IMG/VR virus record: IMGVR_UViG_3300008120_000147
Span: 1 to 64,000 of that record
DNA length: 64,000 bases
From: an uncultured virus (IMG/VR IMGVR_UViG_3300008120_000147)
Lineage: Duplodnaviria > Heunggongvirae > Uroviricota > Caudoviricetes
Reading direction: 5' to 3' (one strand)
The notes beneath the pieces were generated by a model, which was given only the letters and a program-made list of their open reading frames with translations, had not been told where the DNA came from and searched no databases. The position numbers and the translations under genes are program-made. This document shows, piece after piece, positions 47,526 through 57,619 of this stretch (the first letter of the stretch is position 1; the number at the start of each line of letters is the position of its first letter).

Positions 47526-49243
47526 AATTCAAACTCTCCACCACCTTCTCCACCACCTTCAGCAGGAGCTTCTCCACCACCTTCAGCAGGAGCTTCACCT
47601 TCAGCAGGAGCCGCTTCACCACCTTCCGCAGGAGCTGCCTCACCGCCTTCAGCCGGAGCTGCCTCACCACCCTCTGCAGGAGCAGCACCAGCTGCACCAG
47701 CCGCGACATTCGCCACATCTCTAGCCCAATATCTTTCATTTTCAGCCTTCTGTTCAGGTGTTAGTTTGAATACATTATCCATAATCCATTCAATATGGAA
47801 ATAAGGTTTTTCACCATTCATAACTCCTAATAAAGTTCCAACAATCTCAGATCTTTTAGACAGATTATTGATTTTCTTCCAATCTTCAAATAGTTGATTA
47901 GAATAGAATTGAATATCTACCTGATTTGTGAAAACTTCATCATCTTTCAGTTCAGGAAACTCTATCAACATCTGTAGTTTCAGAGGTTTCACTATCAATT
48001 CTTTAAAGTTAGCACGTAATCTTGAAATGAAATTGTGAAATTTAATTTCATCTCTAGTCATTTCTGATGAGTCTCCAAATAAATTTCCACCACCATTCTC
48101 AGCCTCAAATCGTTGCATAGGTATCTTAGAGGCTCTTTTAAGAGCTTTATAAAACCAAGATAGCATAGTTTCATCATTCAAATCATGACCCTGTGGAGAA
48201 ACTAATTCCATATTCGGAGTTCCAGCATCACCTTCAGGAAACCATATTTGTTTATTATAAGGTAAATGCTTGGCGCCATTAATAGTCAAAGTTCCTAAAG
48301 AATCATCCCATTCAACTTCTTCTGAATAATCATGAATAAGTTGACCTATTTGTTCCTCAGCTCTTTGTCTTGATAAACCTTTGATTGGAATCGTGAATTT
48401 TTGATATACAGTCGCATTTACTATATTGAACATAATTCTTGTTTGTTCAAGTATTTTTAATTGATTATAAGGCTTTATTAAACCCTCAACATAAGATGTC
48501 TCTGAATAATCATTTTGTGTAGAGTAGGAGACATAAATAATCTGAGAATCTAAAAATATTCTTCTTAATTGAGGATCTTCAGGAAACTGAATCCATAGAT
48601 GTCCTATAGTTGGTTCATATGCCGGAACTAAAGTGTCAGGTCTCAATCTATTAAAACCAATAATGTTTTTCTTTTTATCATCAAAAATTATTTCTATTGC
48701 AATATGACCATCAATTAGAAAATCTTTCATCATACTCCAAGCAGTTATATTATCAGAAAATCCAAATTTGTTATAAATTTTCTCAAAATATTCTTGATAT
48801 TTGTCTCTTACCTCTTGAGAATATTCATTTGAAATAGATTTAGGAGCACAAAAGTCACTATCATCATTGAAAACAATAGATTCATCACAAATTGTAGAAA
48901 CAAAATCTCTTATTTCATCTTTGATTGAATATTCTCTTAATATTCTTCTTTTATCAGCATATGCTTTATCTAAATAAGGTATAGATTTTCTGTTCAAAAC
49001 AGACGCAACTGCTCTTTGAGAAAAGAAATCATACATCGAGTTACCTTTAGCCGCATATGGATCTTCATTTATACCAATACCAACTTGATTACGAATTATC
49101 ATATCATCGTAATTCATTCCATAGTTAGAAAGTGTTCTGAGAATCCTAGAAAATAATCCTTTGTTTTCTACTGCAGAATTAGAAGCAAATGCAAAGTTTG
49201 AATTATTTTGTTGAGTGGAACCAAAATTGTTATAAGTTGCCAT
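47522..49243 (-). CDS. Portal protein (T4 gp20-like)
   Basis: IDG, IKPYNQLKILE, AEEQI, ALKRASKIP, TRDEIKFHNFISRLR; TAATATATA at 49269-49277. Confidence 0.92.
   Translation of the reverse strand: MATYNNFGSTQQNNSNFAFASNSAVENKGLFSRILRTLSNYGMNYDDMIIRNQVGIGINEDPYAAKGNSMYDFFSQRAVASVLNRKSIPYLDKAYADKRRILREYSIKDEIRDFVSTICDESIVFNDDSDFCAPKSISNEYSQEVRDKYQEYFEKIYNKFGFSDNITAWSMMKDFLIDGHIAIEIIFDDKKKNIIGFNRLRPDTLVPAYEPTIGHLWIQFPEDPQLRRIFLDSQIIYVSYSTQNDYSETSYVEGLIKPYNQLKILEQTRIMFNIVNATVYQKFTIPIKGLSRQRAEEQIGQLIHDYSEEVEWDDSLGTLTINGAKHLPYNKQIWFPEGDAGTPNMELVSPQGHDLNDETMLSWFYKALKRASKIPMQRFEAENGGGNLFGDSSEMTRDEIKFHNFISRLRANFKELIVKPLKLQMLIEFPELKDDEVFTNQVDIQFYSNQLFEDWKKINNLSKRSEIVGTLLGVMNGEKPYFHIEWIMDNVFKLTPEQKAENERYWARDVANVAAGAAGAAPAEGGEAAPAEGGEAAPAEGGEAAPAEGEAPAEGGGEAPAEGGGEGGGEFEF
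47535..47700 (-). repeat. Imperfect (A)APAEGGE repeats in the portal C-terminal tail
   Basis: About 6 APAEG units in a locally GC-rich patch. Confidence 0.8.
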
Positions 49244-49315
49244 CTATTATTTATATAAAAATTTACCATATATATTAAATTATGGTTATTCCTCCAAAAC
49301 AAAAAAAAATCGAGA

Positions 49316-49624
49316 CTATTTCTCGATTTTAAAAATATCATGACCTGTTCTACCAGCTCTTGGTTTGTATTTTGAATTTAATTCTTTTATAGCTTTTATA
49401 TAATCTTCTGCCTCAGGACCAAACAATCTATCAGATATTTCTTGTAAGAAATATGGATCCATAGATTTTATCTTCTCTTTTTCTTTTTTTGTATCAGAGA
49501 TTAATTTTTGTAACTCATCATCACTTAATCTGTTTACAGGTTGAAATGGTCTTTCTACCGTTTTCTTTACACCCATAGGTTTTAACTCTGACTCTTTTTT
49601 TGATTTAAAATTGAAAATTTTCAT
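49316..49624 (-). CDS. Hypothetical protein
   Basis: 102-aa ORF; hairpin at 49303-49330 overlaps its stop. Confidence 0.6.
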   Translation of the reverse strand: MKIFNFKSKKESELKPMGVKKTVERPFQPVNRLSDDELQKLISDTKKEKEKIKSMDPYFLQEISDRLFGPEAEDYIKAIKELNSKYKPRAGRTGHDIFKIEK

Positions 49625-49629
49625 ATGAT

Positions 49630-50331
49630 TTATTTTAACTTGTTTCCGTATTTTATTTGATTTGTTCTAATTCGATTTATATGGTTTTTTAACGTACTAT
49701 ATTTTTCATCTATATCAAAAGCAACATCATAAAATTCACTTAATATTGAAGTTGTCATTTCTTTATGTCTGCTATCTCTTTTTTCTAATTTAACTTTCCA
49801 AATATCCACTAACTTTTTAGGATCATATAAATTTTTAGGATGTTGATGATATAAAAATCTTGGCAATACATTTAATCCGATTCTATGAACTAATTGTATT
49901 CTAGAAGAATCAAACTCCATAAGTGCATATTCAAATCCTATACTTCTTAATTCATTATACATACCATTAAAATCTACTTTTAAAAAATTATTTTTTTCAA
50001 AATCTTCAGGTTTTATAAACTTATCAAATAAAAAAACTCTGATTTCCAATGGTATTAAATTAAAGTTTACTGCAAATATAATAATTTTATTTGAAAACTT
50101 CCTAAAATCCGAAACAAAAACAGGAGACCATTTCATCCAGTTAGAATCATCTAAATAATGAAAGAAATAAAATCCACCAGGAAATATATCTTTTGTTTGA
50201 ATATTTTTAATCTCTTCAGAAGATTTTTGGTATTGTTCATAAAACCATAAAGAATTTTTTTTGAAATTATCAGCCAAACCATTACCATTAACTAACAAAC
50301 TAAGCTTAGACCTTTCGATTAATTCACCCAT
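49630..50331 (-). CDS. DNA end protector-like protein (T4 gp2-like)
   Basis: PGGFYFFHY, SPVF, AVNFNLIP...R; divergent from the gp4-like gene. Confidence 0.65.
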   Translation of the reverse strand: MGELIERSKLSLLVNGNGLADNFKKNSLWFYEQYQKSSEEIKNIQTKDIFPGGFYFFHYLDDSNWMKWSPVFVSDFRKFSNKIIIFAVNFNLIPLEIRVFLFDKFIKPEDFEKNNFLKVDFNGMYNELRSIGFEYALMEFDSSRIQLVHRIGLNVLPRFLYHQHPKNLYDPKKLVDIWKVKLEKRDSRHKEMTTSILSEFYDVAFDIDEKYSTLKNHINRIRTNQIKYGNKLK

Positions 50332-50376
50332 AAAGAGTTTTTGTTTTTATATATAAAATAAAGAAAGTAGACAAAT

Positions 50377-50904
50377 ATGTTAAACTCTAAGCCAAATAAT
50401 ACTAATTATTCTCAAGGTAATTATATTCCTAAAAACAAAGATAAAATAATAAAATTAAATACAATAGGTGGTGTTTACTACAGAAGTTCTTGGGAAAAAA
50501 AAATTATGACTTGGTTAGATCATAATGAAAAAATAACTAAGTGGGGAGCAGAATGTATGAGAATACCTTATCAAATGACTCATTTTGATAATGGTGACAT
50601 GAAAGTAAAAGAGCACTGCTACTATCCAGATTTTTATTATGAGATGAGAAACGAAAACGGTCAGTTAAGGCAAGTAGTTGTAGAAGTAAAACCTATGAAA
50701 GAATATAAAATGGTCATTGCGTTAAACGAAGGTAAACTCCAAGTTCCAGAAAAGGGTACAAAAAAGTTAAAAAACTTTGAATATGATTTGAAAATGGCAT
50801 ATAAGAATAAAAACAAGTGGGAAACGATGATAAACTGGTGCAATAAAAAGGGTTATGAGTTTATAATAATTACTGAAGACCATCTAAAGAAATTTAATGT
50901 TTGA
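50377..50904 (+). CDS. Head completion nuclease (T4 gp4-like, TnsA-type)
   Basis: YRSSWE, WGAE, YYPDFY, EVKP, NKWE, FIIITE. Confidence 0.9.
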   Translation: MLNSKPNNTNYSQGNYIPKNKDKIIKLNTIGGVYYRSSWEKKIMTWLDHNEKITKWGAECMRIPYQMTHFDNGDMKVKEHCYYPDFYYEMRNENGQLRQVVVEVKPMKEYKMVIALNEGKLQVPEKGTKKLKNFEYDLKMAYKNKNKWETMINWCNKKGYEFIIITEDHLKKFNV

Positions 50905-51241
50905 AAAACAAATAAAACATTATAATTATCATTATTATTATAGAAAATATCGGAACCAAAACATTATATAATCTATATAATTTTTTAACTAAATGATAAA
51001 TCGGAAACTTGGCTATATTTATTAAAATCATTGATAAGAAGAAAAAGTAGATTGATGTAAAAAAACCAATAAACAACCAAATCCAATAAGTTACTCTTAA
51101 AAAATAGTAAAAAAAATCACTCTTACTCATATTAGACAAATCTTTCTGGTAAAATCTAGCATCTAATTTAGTCAAATTAGCTAAATAGTATAGATTCATC
51201 CATATAAAGAATGGTATAAATATGTAAAAAATACTAGTCAT
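50894..51241 (-). CDS. Hypothetical membrane protein
   Basis: About 4 hydrophobic segments. Confidence 0.6.
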   Translation of the reverse strand: MTSIFYIFIPFFIWMNLYYLANLTKLDARFYQKDLSNMSKSDFFYYFLRVTYWIWLFIGFFTSIYFFFLSMILINIAKFPIYHLVKKLYRLYNVLVPIFSIIIMIIIMFYLFFKH

Positions 51242-51533
51242 TTGATATTTCGATTTCTCTTAGACCTAAAAGATTATTAAACTCATGTTCCTGTAGTCTA
51301 ACGTTTTTATCTCTTTGTAGAATTCCATATATTACATCATTCACAAAAACATAAACAGGATCACCAACAAAGTTTTCATATATAGCAGGAACAATTTCAC
51401 TATTTCTAGAATTTACTATAAAATTAATATATTCTTTATGACTTGCATAATCCAAATGTAACGAACAACCATCCGGTCTTAATTGATTTCCTAACTCTGA
51501 TTCCTCCCAAATCTGTAATAATATTTGATTCAT
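51234..51533 (-). CDS. Hypothetical protein
   Basis: QIWEESE...RPDGCSLH. Confidence 0.65.
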   Translation of the reverse strand: MNQILLQIWEESELGNQLRPDGCSLHLDYASHKEYINFIVNSRNSEIVPAIYENFVGDPVYVFVNDVIYGILQRDKNVRLQEHEFNNLLGLREIEISND

Positions 51534-51607
51534 AAAAACAATTTATGATTTTTGTATTTAAAAATTAAACAAAGTTTAAATATGAAATAAAATAAAAAAA
51601 ACACTTT

Positions 51608-52681
51608 ATGAAAATTAAATTAGAGTATATTTGGTTAGATGGTTCTGAGCCACAACAACTCAGAAGTAAAACAAAAATTGTTGACAAAGCAGATACAAAT
51701 AATCCAGAGGATTACGCAATGTGGTCTTTTGATGGAAGTTCAACTCTTCAAGCAGAGGCAGGAAAAGGGAAAAACACTGATTGTTTACTAAAACCAGTTT
51801 TTGTCTGTAAAGACCCATTTAGAGAGTATCCTAATAAATTGGTATTTTGTGAGGTACTTAGTCCAGATGGAACTCCTCATCCAACAAATAATAGAAGAAA
51901 TTTATCTAATGTTATAGATGAGTTAAATCTTACGAATTTAACTAAAGACGAGTCTCCATGGTTTGGTTGGGAGCAAGAGTATACACTTACTCATAAACCA
52001 GGATTGCCATTTGGTGAGGGTGTTGGTCTTCCACTTGGATTTGAAATTGGTAAAACACCAAGAGCACAAGGTGATTATTATTGCGGAATCGGAGCTGACA
52101 CTGTAATTGGAAGACAAATAGTTGAAGAGCACATGGATATGTGTTTAGAGATTGGTTTAGATATTTCTGGTATTAATGCTGAGGTTTTACTTGGTCAATG
52201 GGAATATCAAATTGGCCCCGTAACTGCTTTGAACGGTTCTGATCAATTATGGATATCAAGATATATTTTGGAAAGAGTTGCAGAAAAACATAATGTCAAC
52301 GTATCTTTACATCCGAAACCAATTAAAGGAGATTGGAATGGAACCGGTTGTCACGTCAATTTCTCTTCTAAAGAAATGAGAAAAGATGGTGGTATCGAAT
52401 TGATTAAAGAAACAATGACAAAGCTTGAATCAACTCATATGGAACACATCCAGGTTTATGGTCTACATAATGAACAAAGACTTACTGGTGAACATGAGAC
52501 ATCAGGAATTCATGAATTTAGTTATGGATATAGCACTAGAGATACTTCTATTAGAATTCCAGCACAATCTTTGGTTGAAGGTAGAGGTTATTTTGAAGAC
52601 AGACGACCAGCCTCAAATTGTGACCCTTACTTAGTATCTGCTAAAATGTTAGAAACAGTTTATTCTGAAGTATTAGTATAA
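51608..52681 (+). CDS. glnII: Glutamine synthetase, type II-like
   Basis: LEYIWLDG, LRSKT, FDGSST, EQEY, NAEV...GQWEYQIG, GDWNGTGCH, RLTGEHET, EDRRPASNCDPY. Confidence 0.93.
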   Translation: MKIKLEYIWLDGSEPQQLRSKTKIVDKADTNNPEDYAMWSFDGSSTLQAEAGKGKNTDCLLKPVFVCKDPFREYPNKLVFCEVLSPDGTPHPTNNRRNLSNVIDELNLTNLTKDESPWFGWEQEYTLTHKPGLPFGEGVGLPLGFEIGKTPRAQGDYYCGIGADTVIGRQIVEEHMDMCLEIGLDISGINAEVLLGQWEYQIGPVTALNGSDQLWISRYILERVAEKHNVNVSLHPKPIKGDWNGTGCHVNFSSKEMRKDGGIELIKETMTKLESTHMEHIQVYGLHNEQRLTGEHETSGIHEFSYGYSTRDTSIRIPAQSLVEGRGYFEDRRPASNCDPYLVSAKMLETVYSEVLV

Positions 52682-52692
52682 ACATACTACTC

Positions 52693-52727
52693 AAAAAAAA
52701 CCCACTCAATTTGAGTGGGTTTTTTTT
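52693..52727. terminator. Bidirectional intrinsic terminator
   Basis: aaaaaaaacccactcaa-t-ttgagtgggtttttttt. Confidence 0.85.
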
Positions 52728-52742
52728 ATTTTGATAAACTAT

Positions 52743-53108
52743 TTAAATAGAATGTAGTCCTTGGCCATCATTACTACCTTCTATAGATATTAATTTTATT
52801 TGATTCTCATTATCACCCTTTTTCTTATACAACTCATTAAAACCCTTAGCTATTCCTCTTTTAAAGACTTCTGTAAAATAAGCAAAAGCATTCACTGATT
52901 TATCTTCATTAAAATTATACCAATTTTGATACATATCTAATAAACCCGATTGATAACAATCAAGTTTATCATCATTTGACCAATATCTCATTTTTTTGAT
53001 TGTTTTCTTACCAAGAAGTTCTAACATTTTTTCAGCATTTCTGGTCAGTTTACCTTGTGCTTTTGATACGATTATCTCAACATAGAGATCTTTATTATTT
53101 AAATACAT
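52743..53108 (-). CDS. Late-transcription sigma factor (T4 gp55-like), very short
   Basis: YLNNKDL, NFNEDKSVNAFAYFT; preceded by TAAAC-N17-TATAAC (53189-53162). Confidence 0.8.
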   Translation of the reverse strand: MYLNNKDLYVEIIVSKAQGKLTRNAEKMLELLGKKTIKKMRYWSNDDKLDCYQSGLLDMYQNWYNFNEDKSVNAFAYFTEVFKRGIAKGFNELYKKKGDNENQIKLISIEGSNDGQGLHSI

Positions 53109-53195
53109 CCATTATAGCTTATTTTTTTAAGAGATTAACTCTTTGAAGCTATTTACTTCATGTTATATCTCTATAGTCTAAAAAGTTTAAAAAAT

Positions 53196-53222
53196 AAAAA
53201 ACCCTCAAAAAGAGGGTTTTTT
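53196..53222 (-). terminator. Intrinsic terminator
   Basis: aaaaaaccctc-aaaaa-gagggtttttt. Confidence 0.8.
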
Positions 53223-53239
53223 ATTTTTATTTATATAAA

Positions 53240-54520
53240 TTAAATTTTAACTCTTTCTTTATATTGTAATTCTTTAACACCTAACAATTCAGCATCTAAA
53301 TTAGCTCTTCTTTTTTCAAGATTTTTAAGAGCAGTAGAAAGAATTTCAGACTCACCTAAAAGCTCCATAGAACCTTTAACCTTTTCAATGTTGAATTGAA
53401 CATCTTCTAATTTAAGAGTAACTTCTCTTTCTTTATCTTCAAGTTTTCTTTTAATAACTAATTCTTTATCTAATGTAGTTTCATAACAATAACTCAAATC
53501 ATAATTTAACTCATTCTTAACTTCATTAACTAATTCTATAGCAGATTCATATTTAAAGAATGAATTACCATATCTTTCATCACATCTATAAAGAAATGTA
53601 TTATTTTTATAATTAAAAGCAAAACACTCCAAATGTGGATTAATTAAATTATTAATTCTTTTAACAACATCTAATTCAACAAACTTATCCATATTTTGAG
53701 ATACTTCTAATAACACAGGATAAAAGTTTTTATTTACTATCGGAACAATAGGAGATGAGAAAAGAGACTCTAACGTAGTTTCGTCATTCAATTCATCTTC
53801 ATTAATAAAAATTCCTTTTCCATTAACACCTAAACCAATTGTTAAGTACTCAGATACTCTAAAATTAACTCTATCCTCAGAAATTTGAGCATATTTTAAA
53901 GCAGATTCAATAACTCTTAAAGTTTTCAACTCAGCTTCATCTTTAACATGATTTTCTAAAAGTGTTTTCTCAATTGAATTTTCAGTAAGTAAGAACCAAG
54001 AATCCTTAACTAAAGCAATATGACCATCTTCAACTTGTTCTACAATAGTAAATACAGATTCACCCTTACCACCACTTAACAAGTTTGTTCTCTGTTCAGG
54101 TGATTTTGTCAAATTATGAACAAATAATTTAATCTCAGGAACCCAATCATAAATAGCCAATTCATTAAGAACTTTAGACATCCTATCTTGTTCTGACTCT
54201 ACGTTAATAGCTTCTAAAAGAACATTGATAGGTTGTCTATACAATTCTCCTTGATTTTTAGAGTTCAATATGTTATATAGACTTTTAAGTTCATATAACA
54301 ATTCATGAGCTTTAACATCATCATTCAAATTTTCTAAAAGAGATTTTACACTTTTATCATATGTATACGCTTTTAATTTTTCATTAAGAGAATTAATAAT
54401 AGTCTTTTCTGAATGTTCATTGCATGCATTCATATGCCCTTCAATTATAACTGAAATCTCTTCTTGGTCAAGTGAAAGATTCTTTTTGAAGTTAAACAAT
54501 TCTAGTTTAAGATTCTTCAT
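53240..54520 (-). CDS. Late hypothetical protein (possible head/core component)
   Basis: 426 aa, Glu/Leu-rich, C-terminal coiled coil; TAATATATA at 54550-54558. Confidence 0.6.
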   Translation of the reverse strand: MKNLKLELFNFKKNLSLDQEEISVIIEGHMNACNEHSEKTIINSLNEKLKAYTYDKSVKSLLENLNDDVKAHELLYELKSLYNILNSKNQGELYRQPINVLLEAINVESEQDRMSKVLNELAIYDWVPEIKLFVHNLTKSPEQRTNLLSGGKGESVFTIVEQVEDGHIALVKDSWFLLTENSIEKTLLENHVKDEAELKTLRVIESALKYAQISEDRVNFRVSEYLTIGLGVNGKGIFINEDELNDETTLESLFSSPIVPIVNKNFYPVLLEVSQNMDKFVELDVVKRINNLINPHLECFAFNYKNNTFLYRCDERYGNSFFKYESAIELVNEVKNELNYDLSYCYETTLDKELVIKRKLEDKEREVTLKLEDVQFNIEKVKGSMELLGESEILSTALKNLEKRRANLDAELLGVKELQYKERVKI

Positions 54521-54592
54521 ACTTATAAATATTATTTTTTTATATAATCTATATATTAAGACAAAAAACTCATTTTTTGCTATTTTTTATTT

Positions 54593-55729
54593 TTAAATTG
54601 GATTCGGATTTATAGGTGGATTTTGAGTATCATTTCCATTTGCACCTTTACCAGCATTTGGATTTGAATTTATTGCATTCGCATTTTGTCTTGCTTTCAA
54701 TATATTATTAAACCACCTAGTTCTTTTCGGAGCATATGAAAAATAATCAGAGTCAGACTTAGGAGTAGGAGCAGAACCAGCGGGCCATCCACCAAAACTA
54801 CCAGTTTGTCCATATTGAGGAAGTTCACCAGGTATATCAAACGGAGTTTCGTTGTAAGGCCAAGGAAGCGAACCAGGGAAAGGTCTACCTGGTGGACCAC
54901 CAGGTGGTAATGAATCCGGATTTAAAGGTATAAAATCAGGTCCATTAGGATCACCAGTGACAGTAGGATTAGGCGCAGTACCATCACCACCAACATCAAA
55001 GGCATTACCTAAATCACTACCAGTGTTCCAATTATTCAAATCAGCACCATCTGACTGACCAGTACCATAAAGTGTAGGATAACCATCTAGATTTACTCTA
55101 TCTCTTCTAAATGCAGGATAGTATGTTTGAACTTGAAATGATAATGTCAACTTTATCGTATTATCACTTGTTAAATTTTTTTCTCTGTTTATTTCAATTG
55201 AACTTGAATCAGGCATTATTATCACAGCATCTATGTTCATGAAATTATGCTCAAAATACATGAATTTATAAATCCAAAGAGTATCCAAAATAGCTTGACT
55301 ACATTTAAATGTATCAATTTCATTTGACAGAAGTATAGATAGTTCATAATCAACCGTGATAGGAACTGCCCTAACCTTTGCTAATATTTTTCGTATCTCT
55401 ACCTGGTTCTCTACAACCATTCTTAACCAAACATTTGGATTAGCAAATTCATCTGACATAATATTAAACGACTTAAGTGTTATATGTCCTCTCGGGATTA
55501 TATCAGTGTTTAATTCTACAAATCTGTTTTCAGAAACTATATCATCCTGAAAAGTATCAAGCAAAAATCTTTCATCTCCAGAAAGTGAGTAATAAAAGGG
55601 AACCTGAACATATATATCACCTGATGAAAATCTGTTAACCCATTTTATTTGACCCTCTAATGTATCAAGTACACAGACTGTCAAATCTCGAAAGAACACA
55701 TCTTCCATGTTAAACTTTCCTGCTATCAT
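54593..55729 (-). CDS. Tail terminator/sheath stabilizer (T4 gp15-like) with Pro/Gly-rich tail
   Basis: VQVPFYY, IPRG, VPITVDYEL, LTLSFQVQTY; likely start MIAG after TAATATATA at 55735-55743. Confidence 0.75.
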   Translation of the reverse strand: MIAGKFNMEDVFFRDLTVCVLDTLEGQIKWVNRFSSGDIYVQVPFYYSLSGDERFLLDTFQDDIVSENRFVELNTDIIPRGHITLKSFNIMSDEFANPNVWLRMVVENQVEIRKILAKVRAVPITVDYELSILLSNEIDTFKCSQAILDTLWIYKFMYFEHNFMNIDAVIIMPDSSSIEINREKNLTSDNTIKLTLSFQVQTYYPAFRRDRVNLDGYPTLYGTGQSDGADLNNWNTGSDLGNAFDVGGDGTAPNPTVTGDPNGPDFIPLNPDSLPPGGPPGRPFPGSLPWPYNETPFDIPGELPQYGQTGSFGGWPAGSAPTPKSDSDYFSYAPKRTRWFNNILKARQNANAINSNPNAGKGANGNDTQNPPINPNPI

Positions 55730-55791
55730 AAGCATATATATTAAATAGAGTTTGTCCCTAAACTTATTCAATATTTAAAAATATATTTTCT

Positions 55792-56757
55792 ATGAGCATA
55801 AATAAATTATTACTTTGGGAAAAATGGAGACCAAAAAAAATTGATGACATTATATTACTACCAAGAATAAAAAAACATTTTGAAGATGGATTAAATGGTA
55901 ACTATATATTTTATGGTAATTATGGTACAGGTAAAACAAGTCTGGCTAGAATATTAATAGGTAAGTATTCAAAAGATAAACCAAATTTAGAGATAAATAG
56001 CTCACTTTCAACTTCAATAAATATTTTAAGAAGTGAAATTGAAGACTTTTGTAAATTTACACCTATGATGGAATCAGAATCAGACTTAAAATATGTATTT
56101 TTAGATGAATTTGAAAGAACATCACCTGAATTTCAGGATGCATTCAAAGCATTCATCGAAACATACTCAAAAAGAGGCGTAAGGTTTATTATAACAACTA
56201 ATCACATTAATAAAATATCAGATGGAATAAAAAGTAGAATACCTCAAATAAATTTTGATTGCCAGAATATTGAAGAAGAAAAATATTTAAAACAAGAAAT
56301 TTACAAAAGAATATCAAATACAATATTACCATCTGAAAATTTTGAAATTCCAAAAGAAGATTTAGTTACAATAATAACAAAAAAATTTCCAGACTTTAGA
56401 TCCACATTAGTAGAAGTAGGTAACTATATCAACACAGGTTCTCTAACTTCTTCATCAAATACAATAAACACAAAGACTAAATTAGAACTATACAATTTAA
56501 TTTATGATAAAAATATAGACTATATCTCAATATATAATTTTGTGATTTCAAATTTTGGACCCGAAAAAATAGATGTTTTAATTAATTTATTAGGCAAATA
56601 TTTCATAGATTGGTCATTAAATGAAAATAAAAATATAGAAAAACTATTTGAATGTAACTATATAATAGCTGATTACACATCAAAGTTAGAGACTAACACT
56701 GATCCTATAGTATTAGCATTAACAATAATAGGTAAATTCAGGGATATATTATTATAA
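55792..56757 (+). CDS. Clamp loader AAA+ subunit (T4 gp44/RFC-like)
   Basis: WEKWRPKKIDDIIL, GNYGTGKTS, LDEFE, FIITTN, SR, FPDFR. Confidence 0.92.
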   Translation: MSINKLLLWEKWRPKKIDDIILLPRIKKHFEDGLNGNYIFYGNYGTGKTSLARILIGKYSKDKPNLEINSSLSTSINILRSEIEDFCKFTPMMESESDLKYVFLDEFERTSPEFQDAFKAFIETYSKRGVRFIITTNHINKISDGIKSRIPQINFDCQNIEEEKYLKQEIYKRISNTILPSENFEIPKEDLVTIITKKFPDFRSTLVEVGNYINTGSLTSSSNTINTKTKLELYNLIYDKNIDYISIYNFVISNFGPEKIDVLINLLGKYFIDWSLNENKNIEKLFECNYIIADYTSKLETNTDPIVLALTIIGKFRDILL

Positions 56758-56782
56758 GATAAAATATTTTAATATATAAAAT

Positions 56783-57157
56783 ATGCCAGTAAACTTTAAA
56801 GATTTCTACATAGGATATAAAGGTCATCCAAGATACGAATCTTCTAAATTTATAGAAGATGATGTAATTAGAGTAATCGTTCAAAAATATGAAATGATAA
56901 TTTTCACTAACAAAGGTGAGTTATTAGGTGATCCTAGTTTTGGTGCTGATTTACCGCTATTACTTCATGAGACAAGACTCTCAGAAGATAGTATACAAGG
57001 CGATATAAACGCTCAAATATTTGAATATATACCTGAAATAAGTAATATACCCTATACTTTAGAGGTCAATATTTATGATGATCCAGAAAGACACCAAGAG
57101 TGGATGGAAATTCTTTTTCAGATTAGAGACTTAGAAGTATACGCAACAGTAATCTAA
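56783..57157 (+). CDS. Baseplate wedge protein (gp25-like)
   Basis: FTNKGELLGDPSFGADL; TAATATATA at 56770-56778. Confidence 0.8.
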   Translation: MPVNFKDFYIGYKGHPRYESSKFIEDDVIRVIVQKYEMIIFTNKGELLGDPSFGADLPLLLHETRLSEDSIQGDINAQIFEYIPEISNIPYTLEVNIYDDPERHQEWMEILFQIRDLEVYATVI

Positions 57158-57606
57158 TCTACTCTATAACTATTTCTTTGCCAATATCTTTTACCATAAC
57201 CGACAAATATTTCTTCACCGGAACGAATATCTCTATCAGCAACTAAAACAACTTCATCATCATCATTCATTGTTATGATAGAATTATTTTTGAAATTTGA
57301 AGAGATACCCTCCGCATCATTTGCAAATTTCGCAAAACAAAAAGTTTTCTTACAATCTAATGTTTCACCAGACGGCAACATCATAAAATAATCATCTTCT
57401 TTTGCATTTGCTCTTTTTGCGGCCTCTTCATTTGATATTACTTCACCCATAAATTTTGATATTACTTCACCACATTCTATATCTATAGATGTAAAGAGTC
57501 CATTTCCGGAATTTGGAATTTGAGAAGACTGTACATATAAAAAATCTTCTTCTGGTAAATCTATTGAGTCGTAATCGAAATTTTCAAAAAATTTAAGATA
57601 TTTCAT
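57154..57606 (-). CDS. SET-domain protein lysine methyltransferase with CTS-like N-terminus
   Basis: SQIPNSGNGLF, FAKFAND, ADRDIRSGEEIFVGYG; MKYLKFFENF. Confidence 0.9.
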   Translation of the reverse strand: MKYLKFFENFDYDSIDLPEEDFLYVQSSQIPNSGNGLFTSIDIECGEVISKFMGEVISNEEAAKRANAKEDDYFMMLPSGETLDCKKTFCFAKFANDAEGISSNFKNNSIITMNDDDEVVLVADRDIRSGEEIFVGYGKRYWQRNSYRVD

Positions 57607-57619
57607 ATACACTTAGGCT

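Noticed and set aside
50377..50904. Tn7 TnsA transposase
   Set aside because: No other tns genes or transposon ends; position next to gp2-like and portal genes fits T4 gp4
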